Part shown: positions 56,065-64,000 of the stretch, piece by piece
Position numbering within the stretch: position 1 is the first letter of the stretch
Layout: the number at the start of each line of letters is the position of its first letter
Notes under the pieces: model-generated
The model's database searches: none
Told to the model about the DNA's origin: nothing
Seen by the model: the letters and a program-made list of their open reading frames with translations, nothing else
Position numbers and translations under genes: made by a program
Source: Nitrospinaceae bacterium
GTDB taxonomy: Bacteria > Nitrospinota > Nitrospinia > Nitrospinales > Nitrospinaceae
DNA length: 64,000 nucleotides
Assembly (NCBI GenBank): GCA_965223665.1
Contig: OZ245011.1
Coordinates: forward strand, 1,184,001-1,248,000
Reading direction: 5' to 3'

Positions 56065-56433
56065 TTGGAGTCTAGTTTGAAAAAAATCCTGGTAGTAGAT
56101 GATGAAGATAATATCAGGCTTCTTTATAAAGAAGAACTTCAAGATGACGGGTACGATGTAACCTGTGCCAAGAATGCTGAAGAAGCTCTTAAAATGATCG
56201 AAATAAATGAGCCCGATTTGATTACACTGGATATCAAAATGCCAGGAATGAACGGAATCGAATTCCTACAAAAATTAAAAGCCACCAAAAAGCATATTCC
56301 GGTAATTTTGTGTTCCGCTTATGGAAGCTATAAACAAGATTTTCAGGTTTGGGCCTCTGAGGCATATGTTGTAAAATCCGCCGATCTTCGAGAATTGAAA
56401 TTAACCATTAAAGAAATATTGAGCTATCCCTAA
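56065..56433 (+). CDS. Single-domain response regulator
   Basis: ILVVDDE, ITLDIKMP, CSAY, VVKS; start codon uncertain (TTG). Confidence 0.88.
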   Translation: MESSLKKILVVDDEDNIRLLYKEELQDDGYDVTCAKNAEEALKMIEINEPDLITLDIKMPGMNGIEFLQKLKATKKHIPVILCSAYGSYKQDFQVWASEAYVVKSADLRELKLTIKEILSYP

Positions 56434-56490
56434 TTCATTTGTAAATATTGCGAAGGATCCACCAAAACCACAAAAATATGAGAAACTTAA

Positions 56491-57129
56491 ATGAGTGAAC
56501 CTCGTTTTATAGCCATTGAAGGTGCAATAGGTGCCGGGAAAACCACCTTAGCAAAGTTATTATCCAAACATTTTAATGCAAAACTGGTCTTAGAAATGGA
56601 AACGGAGAACCCCTTCATCAGCAAGTTTTATGAAGATCGAGAAGCCTACGCATTTCAAACGCAGGTTTTTTTTTTACTAAGCCGGTATAAACAATACCAA
56701 GATTTGGCTCAAATTGATCTTTTTAACTCTGTGGTTATTACCGACTATTTATTTCAAAGAGATATGGTTTTTGCCAAATTAAACTTAACCGATCAAGAAT
56801 TTCATTTATATGAACAACTTTATCAACTAATTCAAATTAAACTTCCAAAACCCGATTTGGTAATTTTCCTTCAAGCTGGAACTCCCACCCTGAGTGCCCG
56901 TGTCGAAAAAAGAGGGAGAGATTATGAGCGATACATGGAATACTCTTATATGGAAGAGGTAAATGGAGCGTTCAATAATTTTTTCTTCTACTATACCGAA
57001 ACTCCCCTCCTGGTAGTAAACACAAATGGAATTGATATTGTGGAAAAAAAAATTGACCTTCAGGAGTTGATTCATAAAATCAATAATCATACAATAGGCC
57101 GTGAATATTATAATCCGCTTGGATCCTGA
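56491..57129 (+). CDS. Deoxynucleoside kinase family protein
   Basis: IAIEGAIGAGKTT P-loop, FQTQVFFL, PDLVIFL, KRGRDYE; typical neighbour of panB. Confidence 0.9.
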   Translation: MSEPRFIAIEGAIGAGKTTLAKLLSKHFNAKLVLEMETENPFISKFYEDREAYAFQTQVFFLLSRYKQYQDLAQIDLFNSVVITDYLFQRDMVFAKLNLTDQEFHLYEQLYQLIQIKLPKPDLVIFLQAGTPTLSARVEKRGRDYERYMEYSYMEEVNGAFNNFFFYYTETPLLVVNTNGIDIVEKKIDLQELIHKINNHTIGREYYNPLGS

Positions 57130-57136
57130 AAAGACC

Positions 57137-57276
57137 GGGACGGAGTGACCTAGTTAAAGATTAATTATTGCAATTGGGAGAAGACCAGAAATTTTGGCTT
57201 CGAACCCGGAAGAAAATCTTTTAAATTTTAGGACCCCTCCGTGCCCACCGATTTTAACGGCGGGCTTTTTATTTTT
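57137..57276 (+). promoter_or_regulatory. Structured RNA leader with terminator upstream of panBCD (pan-motif-like attenuator candidate)
   Basis: Long nested stem at 57137-57246 with unpaired A residues, overlapping the hairpin GCCCACCG-attttaa-CGGCGGGC and a U-tract (57243-57276). Confidence 0.6.
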
Positions 57277-57334
57277 AATTGTTTTTCAACAAACAGCCTT
57301 CCTCTTTTCAGATCAAGCCAACCTTAAAAAAATT

Positions 57335-58183
57335 ATGAATAACAAAAAGGTCACTATTCCAAAATTAATGGAATGGAAAAAAATCAATAAAAAATCTGTG
57401 GCTTTAACAGCATATGATTTTACTTTTGCTCGATTTATTGATGAGGCTGAGATAGATATTGTTTTGGTGGGCGATTCGCTAGGCATGGTCTCATTAGGCT
57501 ACGAAAACACCCTTCCAGTAACTATGGATGAAATGATCCATCATACCAAGGCAGTTAAAAGAGCATTGAGCAAAGCTCTTCTGGTCGGAGACATGCCTTT
57601 CATGTCTTACCAGGTTTCTGTAGAAGAAGCCATTCGAAATGCGGGTCGATTTATTCAGGAGGGGGGTGCAGAGGCCGTAAAAATTGAGGGTGGGGTTCGA
57701 GTGCTTCCTCAGGTAAGGAGTGTAGTGGATGCCGGAATATCAGTTATGGGACATGTCGGATTGACCCCGCAATCAGTTCATCAATTTGGAGGATATAAAG
57801 TCCAAGGAAAAGACATATTGGATGGGAAAAAAATAAAGAAAGATGCCATGGAACTTCAAAAGGCGGGAGTATTTGCCATTGTTTTAGAGGGAATTCCAAT
57901 GGAGTTAGCAGAAGAAATTACTAAATCTTTGGTTATACCTACTATTGGAATTGGCGCAGGGCCGCATTGTGATGGGCAAATATTGGTTACTCAAGATTTG
58001 CTTGGAATGAATAAAGATTTTATTCCAAAATTCGTAAAACATTATGCACAGCTTGGAGATACTATTGAATCGGCCTTAAATCAATATGCGAGTGAAGTCC
58101 AAAACGGGCAATTTCCAGAAAATAAACACTCTTATTTTTTACCTAAGAAAAAACTCAAAAAAGTTTCTCAGGAAAAAAGGTAA
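57335..58183 (+). CDS. panB: 3-methyl-2-oxobutanoate hydroxymethyltransferase
   Basis: LTAYD, LVGDSLG, DMPFMSY, VKIEGG, GHVGLTPQ, TIGIGAG..CDGQILV. Start moved to the ATG at 57335. Confidence 0.96.
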   Translation: MNNKKVTIPKLMEWKKINKKSVALTAYDFTFARFIDEAEIDIVLVGDSLGMVSLGYENTLPVTMDEMIHHTKAVKRALSKALLVGDMPFMSYQVSVEEAIRNAGRFIQEGGAEAVKIEGGVRVLPQVRSVVDAGISVMGHVGLTPQSVHQFGGYKVQGKDILDGKKIKKDAMELQKAGVFAIVLEGIPMELAEEITKSLVIPTIGIGAGPHCDGQILVTQDLLGMNKDFIPKFVKHYAQLGDTIESALNQYASEVQNGQFPENKHSYFLPKKKLKKVSQEKR

Positions 58184-58204
58184 AAATATTTGGAGCTAAA
58201 TTTT

Positions 58205-59077
58205 ATGGAAGTCATTAAATCAATTGAGGAAATGAAAAAGTGGTCTTATTTCAAAAATGCACAAAGCCAAAAAATTGGTTTTGTACCAACCATGGGTTGC
58301 CTTCACGAAGGGCATCTCAGTTTGGTAAAGCGATCTCTGCAAGACTGCGACAGCACAGTGGTCAGCATTTATGTAAATCCTGCACAATTTGGTCCTACGG
58401 AGGATTTAGATAGCTACCCGTCCTCCTTGGAAGAAGATTTGGCTCAATTACAAAGTCTTGGAGTTGATGTGGTATTTTTACCTACTTCAGAAAGCATGTA
58501 TCCCAAAGGTTATAAAAGTTACGTTCATGTAGAGAAAATTACTGAGCACCTTTGTGGAAAAAGTCGACCTGGATTTTTTCGGGGGGTAGCCACAATCGTA
58601 TTAAAGCTTTTTAATATTGTACGGCCTCATACCGCTTTTTTTGGAGAAAAAGACCGTCAACAATTAGAAGTCATAAGAGTAATGGTCAAAGATTTGAATT
58701 TAGACATAAATATAGTAGGTTTGCCCATTGTAAGGGAAAAAGATGGTCTAGCTAAAAGTTCACGCAATGTTTATTTGAATAAGCGTGATCGTATTTCTGC
58801 TGGTGTTTTGCCTAAAGCGCTTAATGCCGCAAAAGATCTTTTTGAAGGTGGAGAACTTTCTGCAAAAAAAATTCATGATAAAATTCGACATATCATTCAC
58901 AGTGAACCCAATACCCGAATTGACTATGTCTCAATTTGTGATCCAAAAGAGTTTTTTTCAATAAATGAAATTACAGGAAATGCACTCGTGGCTTTAGCCG
59001 TTCATGTAGGAAAAGCCCGATTAATTGACAACTACTTATATGAGAAGAAAAATGCAAAAAATAATGTTATCAGCTAA
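58205..59077 (+). CDS. panC: Pantoate-beta-alanine ligase
   Basis: FVPTMGCLHEGH, SIYVNPAQF, FGEKDRQQ, REKDGLAKSSRN, RLIDN; ATG at 58205 has SD GGAG. Confidence 0.96.
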   Translation: MEVIKSIEEMKKWSYFKNAQSQKIGFVPTMGCLHEGHLSLVKRSLQDCDSTVVSIYVNPAQFGPTEDLDSYPSSLEEDLAQLQSLGVDVVFLPTSESMYPKGYKSYVHVEKITEHLCGKSRPGFFRGVATIVLKLFNIVRPHTAFFGEKDRQQLEVIRVMVKDLNLDINIVGLPIVREKDGLAKSSRNVYLNKRDRISAGVLPKALNAAKDLFEGGELSAKKIHDKIRHIIHSEPNTRIDYVSICDPKEFFSINEITGNALVALAVHVGKARLIDNYLYEKKNAKNNVIS

Positions 59078-59429
59078 ATTGCATAGAGCTACCGTAACAG
59101 ATAGAGATATTGATTATGAAGGAAGTATCGAAATTGATGAAATGTTAATGGAAGAAGTTGGGCTTTCATCATATGAGCAAGTCCATATTTATGATATTAA
59201 TAATGGAAATCGCTTTATAACCTATGTTATTCCCGGAGAGAGAGGAAGCGGTAAAATTTCTGTAAATGGGGCTGCCGCAAGAATGGTAGAGAGAAATGAT
59301 CGCATCATTATTGCGGCTTATGGTATTATAAATGTTGAAAATGAAGACAATTATCAACCTCGGGTTATCCTTTTAAATGAAAGCAATGAGATTGTTGAAA
59401 AACAGGGTGCCTTAGCTTTTACTTCCTAA
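59052..59429 (+). CDS. panD: Aspartate 1-decarboxylase (pyruvoyl proenzyme)
   Basis: AKLHRATVT, YEG/SI self-cleavage site, NGNRFITY, NGAAAR. Confidence 0.95.
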   Translation: MQKIMLSAKLHRATVTDRDIDYEGSIEIDEMLMEEVGLSSYEQVHIYDINNGNRFITYVIPGERGSGKISVNGAAARMVERNDRIIIAAYGIINVENEDNYQPRVILLNESNEIVEKQGALAFTS

Positions 59430-59437
59430 AATTATTT

Positions 59438-60205
59438 ATGACCGAATTTTTCTGGACTTTATCTTTAATCTTCACTATTTGGATGTGCTTCGATTGCATT
59501 AATCGTAAGGAACATTTTGTTTGGATTATTTTAATGATTGTATTGAGCTATCCTATTCCAATTGGAGCTTTGGCTTATTATTTTTCTGTCAAAAGCAAAA
59601 CTCCAAGCAAAGGGATGGGAAATGTAAAAATATTCCAATCATCACCCCCTAAGGAGGTAGAGACGGAAGAGTCTTTGCAGTTAAAAGATTTAATAAATAA
59701 GTTTCATAAACCTTATCACTATGAAAAACTAGGAACTCTATACTTAGAAAAACGACAATATGAACAAGCCATTTCACCATTCAAGGAAGCAATTCAACGT
59801 GACCCAGAATTAACCGAAGCTCGTTATGGTTTAGCCAAATCTTTACATGGTTTAGGAAGACATGCAGAAGCTGCTGAAATTTTGGAAGAGTTGATTAAAA
59901 TAAATAAAAAATACGACTATGGCAATGCAATTTTCGGCCTAGCTGAATGTTACCGTCTTTCGGGTCAAGAGGAAAAGGCCTTAGAAACTTATGAAGCGGT
60001 GATCAACTCGTATCATTTTTTCAAAGCTTACTATCATTACGCACGTTTATTAGATAAACGTGGAAAAAAACAAGAAGCCATTGACCACATGAAAAGCATT
60101 ATTGGATCTTCTAAAGACTTACCGGAATACAAACTTGAGAAAGAACGGCATTGGATAGAGGAAGCTTATAAATTCCTTAAAAAGAATGGCGTCGAACTAG
60201 CCTAG
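59438..60205 (+). CDS. Membrane-anchored TPR protein
   Basis: Two N-terminal TM helices followed by about four TPR units. Confidence 0.8.
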   Translation: MTEFFWTLSLIFTIWMCFDCINRKEHFVWIILMIVLSYPIPIGALAYYFSVKSKTPSKGMGNVKIFQSSPPKEVETEESLQLKDLINKFHKPYHYEKLGTLYLEKRQYEQAISPFKEAIQRDPELTEARYGLAKSLHGLGRHAEAAEILEELIKINKKYDYGNAIFGLAECYRLSGQEEKALETYEAVINSYHFFKAYYHYARLLDKRGKKQEAIDHMKSIIGSSKDLPEYKLEKERHWIEEAYKFLKKNGVELA

Positions 60206-60402
60206 CTCTTGCAGCAACCTTACCCTTTGTAAAAAGCCCCCTTCCTTATTTTTTAAATTTATAGTTATCATTGTGATACCATTTTTAAAAAAAATGGGTT
60301 AGAATCCGTTCCTTAATATTTTGACACCGCTATTTTCCTACCCGGTTAGGGACTTTACAGTTTACATATTAAAGAGTTGATATTAGAAAGGAAGTTCTTT
60401 TT

Positions 60403-60951
60403 ATGACAATTTTGGCGGAAAATTTAAAAACGATCCGAAAGCGTCTTAAATGCACTCAAATGGCAATCTCAGATGTACTTGACATCGGTTTTAGAACATA
60501 CGTTCGCTATGAAGCAGGGGAAAGAGACGCTCCAGTTTCCGTGCTTATAAAAATTGCCAAATTAGGCAATATCACTTTAGACAGACTTTTAACCACTAAA
60601 CTTTCAACGGACGGGTTAAAGCTTTCGGACCAGGAAACTATTCCTATAAAAGCAGACAACGCTGAAGTCATTAGTGGCTCATTAAAGGAAGGACGGCTAG
60701 CATTTAAAGGTATTAAAGAAGACTTCTCTGTCACCACGTCCGTGGCAGAAAGAAAGCTTCTTAGTCATTTCAGAAAGCTGAATGCCTCTTCACAGAAAAA
60801 ATGTATAAAAGATTTAGAAACTGTTATTGAAGCCAGCAAAAATTCGAATGGCTTTCAAATGAAAGTTTCAAAAAAATCTCAAAAAGTAAAAAATACCAAG
60901 AAACTGAAAAAAATGGCCAAATCCATCAAAAAAATAACAGTTAAAGGTTAG
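60403..60951 (+). CDS. XRE-family helix-turn-helix regulator
   Basis: NLKTIRKRLKCTQ..YVRYEAGER..LIKIAK..TLDRLL; Lys-rich C-terminus. Confidence 0.82.
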   Translation: MTILAENLKTIRKRLKCTQMAISDVLDIGFRTYVRYEAGERDAPVSVLIKIAKLGNITLDRLLTTKLSTDGLKLSDQETIPIKADNAEVISGSLKEGRLAFKGIKEDFSVTTSVAERKLLSHFRKLNASSQKKCIKDLETVIEASKNSNGFQMKVSKKSQKVKNTKKLKKMAKSIKKITVKG

Positions 60952-61005
60952 ATAAAAAATAAATATCTAATTGAGGTTTTAATAAGTAGGGGAGACTACA
61001 ATAAT

Positions 61006-62871
61006 TTATTTTCTCTGAAATTTTCGCAAGATGTCATTGATATCAAACAATAAAGCAATTGGCCTTCCATGTGGACATGTAAAAGGCATTTGAGTTTGCT
61101 CTAAGTCTGAAATTAGTTTTTTAATCTGATCTATTCCCATAGGATGGTTCACCATTATTGCGTTACGGCAAGCCATCATTATTACAATCTCTTCATATTT
61201 TTCCTTCAAAGTAACCTCTGGATCTTCCCGACTCAATGACTCAATAATGTCCCGTAAAAGATGGATAGGGTCATGTTTCTTTAGAATAGCTGGTACAGCT
61301 CTAAGCAAAAAACTTTTATTCCCGAAAGGTTCAATTTCAATCCCTAATGATTGGACCAATTTCAAATGATGGTTCAATACATCCGTTTCTACCGGAGAAA
61401 GATCTACGGTGACTGGAAATAATAATGTTTGAATTTCTAAAGATTTATTTTCAGCAGACTCTCTAAATCTTTCGTACAAAACTCGTTCATGGGCAATATG
61501 TTGATCTACGACTAACAAACCGCGCGGACCCTGCATAATAATGAACGACTGATTTAATTGTCCAATTGGCTCAAACTCAGAAAAAATAAGATCTGAAATT
61601 GTTTTTGGTTTTTGATCAAAAAATTCAATCTGCAAATTCGAGGGACAATCTAAGGTAGACTCATTTGATAATTGTCGAGCACCCCCTAATAAGGATTCTA
61701 CAGCCTGATTAATTGGAATGTTAGAATGATTAGGCTTGCTTATATTTGGATATTCTTTTGTAAAGGGAATTCGGGATTGTTGTTTGGACTCAGTAAGATT
61801 AAATTTTGAAGCATGGTTTAAAATTTCATCATTTTTGGGAAATTCAACTTCTTCAATATTTTTTTTCGAATTTTCCGGAAAACTTTTTTCATTTAAATGA
61901 AGTGATTCCTGAATTGCTTCTGCAACAAATTGCTGAACCTCTTTTTTAAAAGCAAACCTAACTTCGGCCTTTGCAGGATGAACATTAACATCCAACAACT
62001 CAGGGTCCATTTCTAGAAACAAAAAAAGCGCAGGATGCTGTCCTTTGGGCAACAAATGACTGTAACCCCAACGAACTGCCCATTGCAAAGCATCATCTTT
62101 GACATGCCTCGTATTCACAAAACAAAATTGATTTTTTCGATTGTTATAAGTAAACACAGGAGAAGAGACAAACCCATAAATTTTATATTTCCCATCGGCG
62201 CGGTTCACTACAATCAATTCTTTGGCCAACTCTGGCCCAAACAATTCTGCAATTCGATATAGAACATGTTCATTAGGAAGTGTATCAATAACTTTTCGTC
62301 TATTATGAATAAGTAAAAATTGAATTTGGGGATGAGCCAAAGCTTGTTGTTGGACAACCTGGGTAATTTGAGCCGATTCTGTACTGTTAGCTTTTAAGAA
62401 TTTTTTTCTTGCAGGAGTATTATAAAAAATATCCTCAACTTCTATGGTGGTCCCTTGAGGACAACCCACTTCGCGAATTTTTGGCTCCCCTCCCCCTTCT
62501 ATCCTTATTTCTGTTCCAGCGCTGGAGGATGAATTAAATGATCTTAACCTCACTCTTGCAACAGATGCAATACTCGGTAAAGCCTCACCTCTAAAACCCA
62601 GGGTACATATTCGCGAAAGATCTTCTTGCTTCGTTATTTTACTTGTCGCATGTCTTTCAAAAGCCAACCGGGAATTTTCAGGTCCCATTCCACAACCATT
62701 ATCAATTACACGAATGAGCTTTTTACCCGACTCTTCTATTTCAATTTGAATACGGGTGGCTCCTGCATCAATCGAGTTTTCTACCAATTCCTTGACTACA
62801 GACGCAGGCCGCTCAACCACCTCTCCCGCAGCTATTTGATTGGACAATTCTAGAGGAAGTACCTTTATCAT
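61006..62871 (-). CDS. mutL: DNA mismatch repair protein MutL (endonuclease type)
   Basis: IAAGEVVERPASVVKELVENSIDAGA, GFRGEAL, DVNVHPAK; C-terminal DQHIAHERVLYE, QTLLFP, MACR and CPHGRP. Confidence 0.97.
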   Translation of the reverse strand: MIKVLPLELSNQIAAGEVVERPASVVKELVENSIDAGATRIQIEIEESGKKLIRVIDNGCGMGPENSRLAFERHATSKITKQEDLSRICTLGFRGEALPSIASVARVRLRSFNSSSSAGTEIRIEGGGEPKIREVGCPQGTTIEVEDIFYNTPARKKFLKANSTESAQITQVVQQQALAHPQIQFLLIHNRRKVIDTLPNEHVLYRIAELFGPELAKELIVVNRADGKYKIYGFVSSPVFTYNNRKNQFCFVNTRHVKDDALQWAVRWGYSHLLPKGQHPALFLFLEMDPELLDVNVHPAKAEVRFAFKKEVQQFVAEAIQESLHLNEKSFPENSKKNIEEVEFPKNDEILNHASKFNLTESKQQSRIPFTKEYPNISKPNHSNIPINQAVESLLGGARQLSNESTLDCPSNLQIEFFDQKPKTISDLIFSEFEPIGQLNQSFIIMQGPRGLLVVDQHIAHERVLYERFRESAENKSLEIQTLLFPVTVDLSPVETDVLNHHLKLVQSLGIEIEPFGNKSFLLRAVPAILKKHDPIHLLRDIIESLSREDPEVTLKEKYEEIVIMMACRNAIMVNHPMGIDQIKKLISDLEQTQMPFTCPHGRPIALLFDINDILRKFQRK

Positions 62872-62980
62872 TATTTTTAAACTCTTTAATTAGGTTTTTC
62901 AGGTTATCTATTACACAATTTAGGTCGATAAGACTAAAGCTGATTGTATCTTATATCCAGGGAATTTCAAAAGTAACGAA

Positions 62981-64000
62981 ATGAAAAATTTTTTCCAAAA
63001 AAACAAAGAAGCATTTATTCTAAAAACTCCTTCTATAACAAATATATCCTCAGATATCCCCCCTGATTTTCAAATTCAAACTACTTCTAGCGGTCACCCC
63101 ACTTTAAAAATCAAAAATCAATGGATTCATAGTACCTACAATCCCAAGAAAGAAGGGAACTCGTTTTCAAAAAAAGTTACAAAAGGAAGTCGAGTAATGG
63201 TTTATGGGTTTGGATTGGGATATCATTTAGAATCTATTTTAGAAACTATAGGTCCCGATGGTTTTTTATTAACTGTGGAACTTAATCCTGACATATTATC
63301 AGTAGCCTTCTCTAATCGTGACCTAACTTCCTTAGCAACAAGAAAAAATTTCCATTTAATTTTTGGTAGTGATGAAAATTCCGTATCCAGTGAAGTTTCA
63401 AAATATATGGCTCTTCTGGAAAGCAATGGAAATAGCAGGAATTTGGAGATTCTAATTCATTCTCCCTCTTTTAAACATGCCCCGAAATGTTTTCCAAAAA
63501 TAACACACTCGATTGAAACCTTATTAATGGAACGTCGAGTTCCGTCCATATTTGGAGACAAAGAGGCTGAAAATTATTTTTACAACAAACCCTCTTTAAA
63601 GCATTTCTTAGGAATTAAATCTTTATCTCAAAAACATACCAATCAACTAGGAGTTTTAGTAAGCGCAGGTCCTTCACTTGACGGACTTATTCCTTATCTT
63701 TCAATCCTCCCCGAAGATTGTGTATTGTCTTGTGTAGATACAGCCCTACCTATATTTAATCAAGCGGATCTGTCACCCCAATATATTTTCACTCTAGACC
63801 CACAAGATGTTAGTTTTGATCATTTTATAGATTTTAATTTAAAGAATTCTTCTCTGATTTTCATCCCAACAGCAAACCCAAAAATCATCCATAATTTTAG
63901 AGGAAATAAATTTGTCGCTTTTAAAGAAAACCATTCTTCTATAAAATATGAAAAAAATATTGCAGAAGAAAAGGGATTTACTAAGGCAGGCGGGTCGGTA
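62981..64000 (+). CDS. MAF/DUF115 (motility-associated factor, MptE-like) protein; runs off the window and is absent from the ORF track
   Basis: Open frame from ATG 62981 to the window end: MKNFFQKN..IHSTYNP..YGFGLGYH..VSAGPSLD..CVDTAL..TLDPQ..GGSV. Confidence 0.82.
   Translation, partial: MKNFFQKNKEAFILKTPSITNISSDIPPDFQIQTTSSGHPTLKIKNQWIHSTYNPKKEGNSFSKKVTKGSRVMVYGFGLGYHLESILETIGPDGFLLTVELNPDILSVAFSNRDLTSLATRKNFHLIFGSDENSVSSEVSKYMALLESNGNSRNLEILIHSPSFKHAPKCFPKITHSIETLLMERRVPSIFGDKEAENYFYNKPSLKHFLGIKSLSQKHTNQLGVLVSAGPSLDGLIPYLSILPEDCVLSCVDTALPIFNQADLSPQYIFTLDPQDVSFDHFIDFNLKNSSLIFIPTANPKIIHNFRGNKFVAFKENHSSIKYEKNIAEEKGFTKAGGSV

Noticed and set aside
57137-57246. 6S RNA as the identity of the long stem with a central bubble
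   Set aside because: Only about 110 nt, no recognisable 6S conserved segments, and it overlaps a terminator directly upstream of panB. A cis-acting leader fits better, though an Rfam scan is needed to settle it.
57194-57334. N-terminal extension of panB in the ORF track (similar extensions at 11226-11336, 28567-28611, 47871-47936 and 59025-59051)
   Set aside because: These extensions run through RNA structure or neighbouring genes. Downstream ATGs fit the family N-termini and/or SD sites better.

Overview
AT-rich bacterial chromosomal window, most likely from a marine Nitrospinaceae (Nitrospinota) nitrite oxidiser, judging from 16S signature sites. From left to right it holds: the end of a chemotaxis locus (cheB, cheX, cheY); futalosine-pathway menaquinone genes (mqnE and a UbiA/MqnP-like gene) flanking a small basic ORF; an MsbA-like ABC exporter; a coupled desaturase / unknown / HTTM-DCC operon; a secreted repeat protein and a tiny lipoprotein; and a complete rRNA operon (16S, tRNA-Ile, tRNA-Ala, 23S, 5S). 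An accessory-looking block follows (truncated SRPBCC gene, hybrid histidine kinase, YfiR-like protein, two TonB-dependent receptors of which one is frameshifted, LpxR), then a complex I operon nuoA-C-H-I-J-K-L-M-N lacking B, D, E, F and G. The rest is tatA, two TPR proteins, rpe, a CLC-CBS protein, apbE, copA, a cyclase, an FGE-family protein, coaBC, galT-glgA-HK-RR-dNK, panBCD, a TPR protein, an XRE regulator, mutL and a partial MAF/DUF115 gene. No CRISPR array, integrase or transposase is visible. Best leads: (1) an ArfA-like ribosome-rescue gene with a long RNase III-type hairpin inside its 3' coding region; (2) the desaturase / unknown / HTTM-DCC operon; (3) a structured attenuator-like leader before panBCD; (4) a CLC that lacks both proton-coupling glutamates; (5) a TonB receptor / YfiR / kinase signalling module. 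All family calls come from motif recognition by eye; no searches were run.
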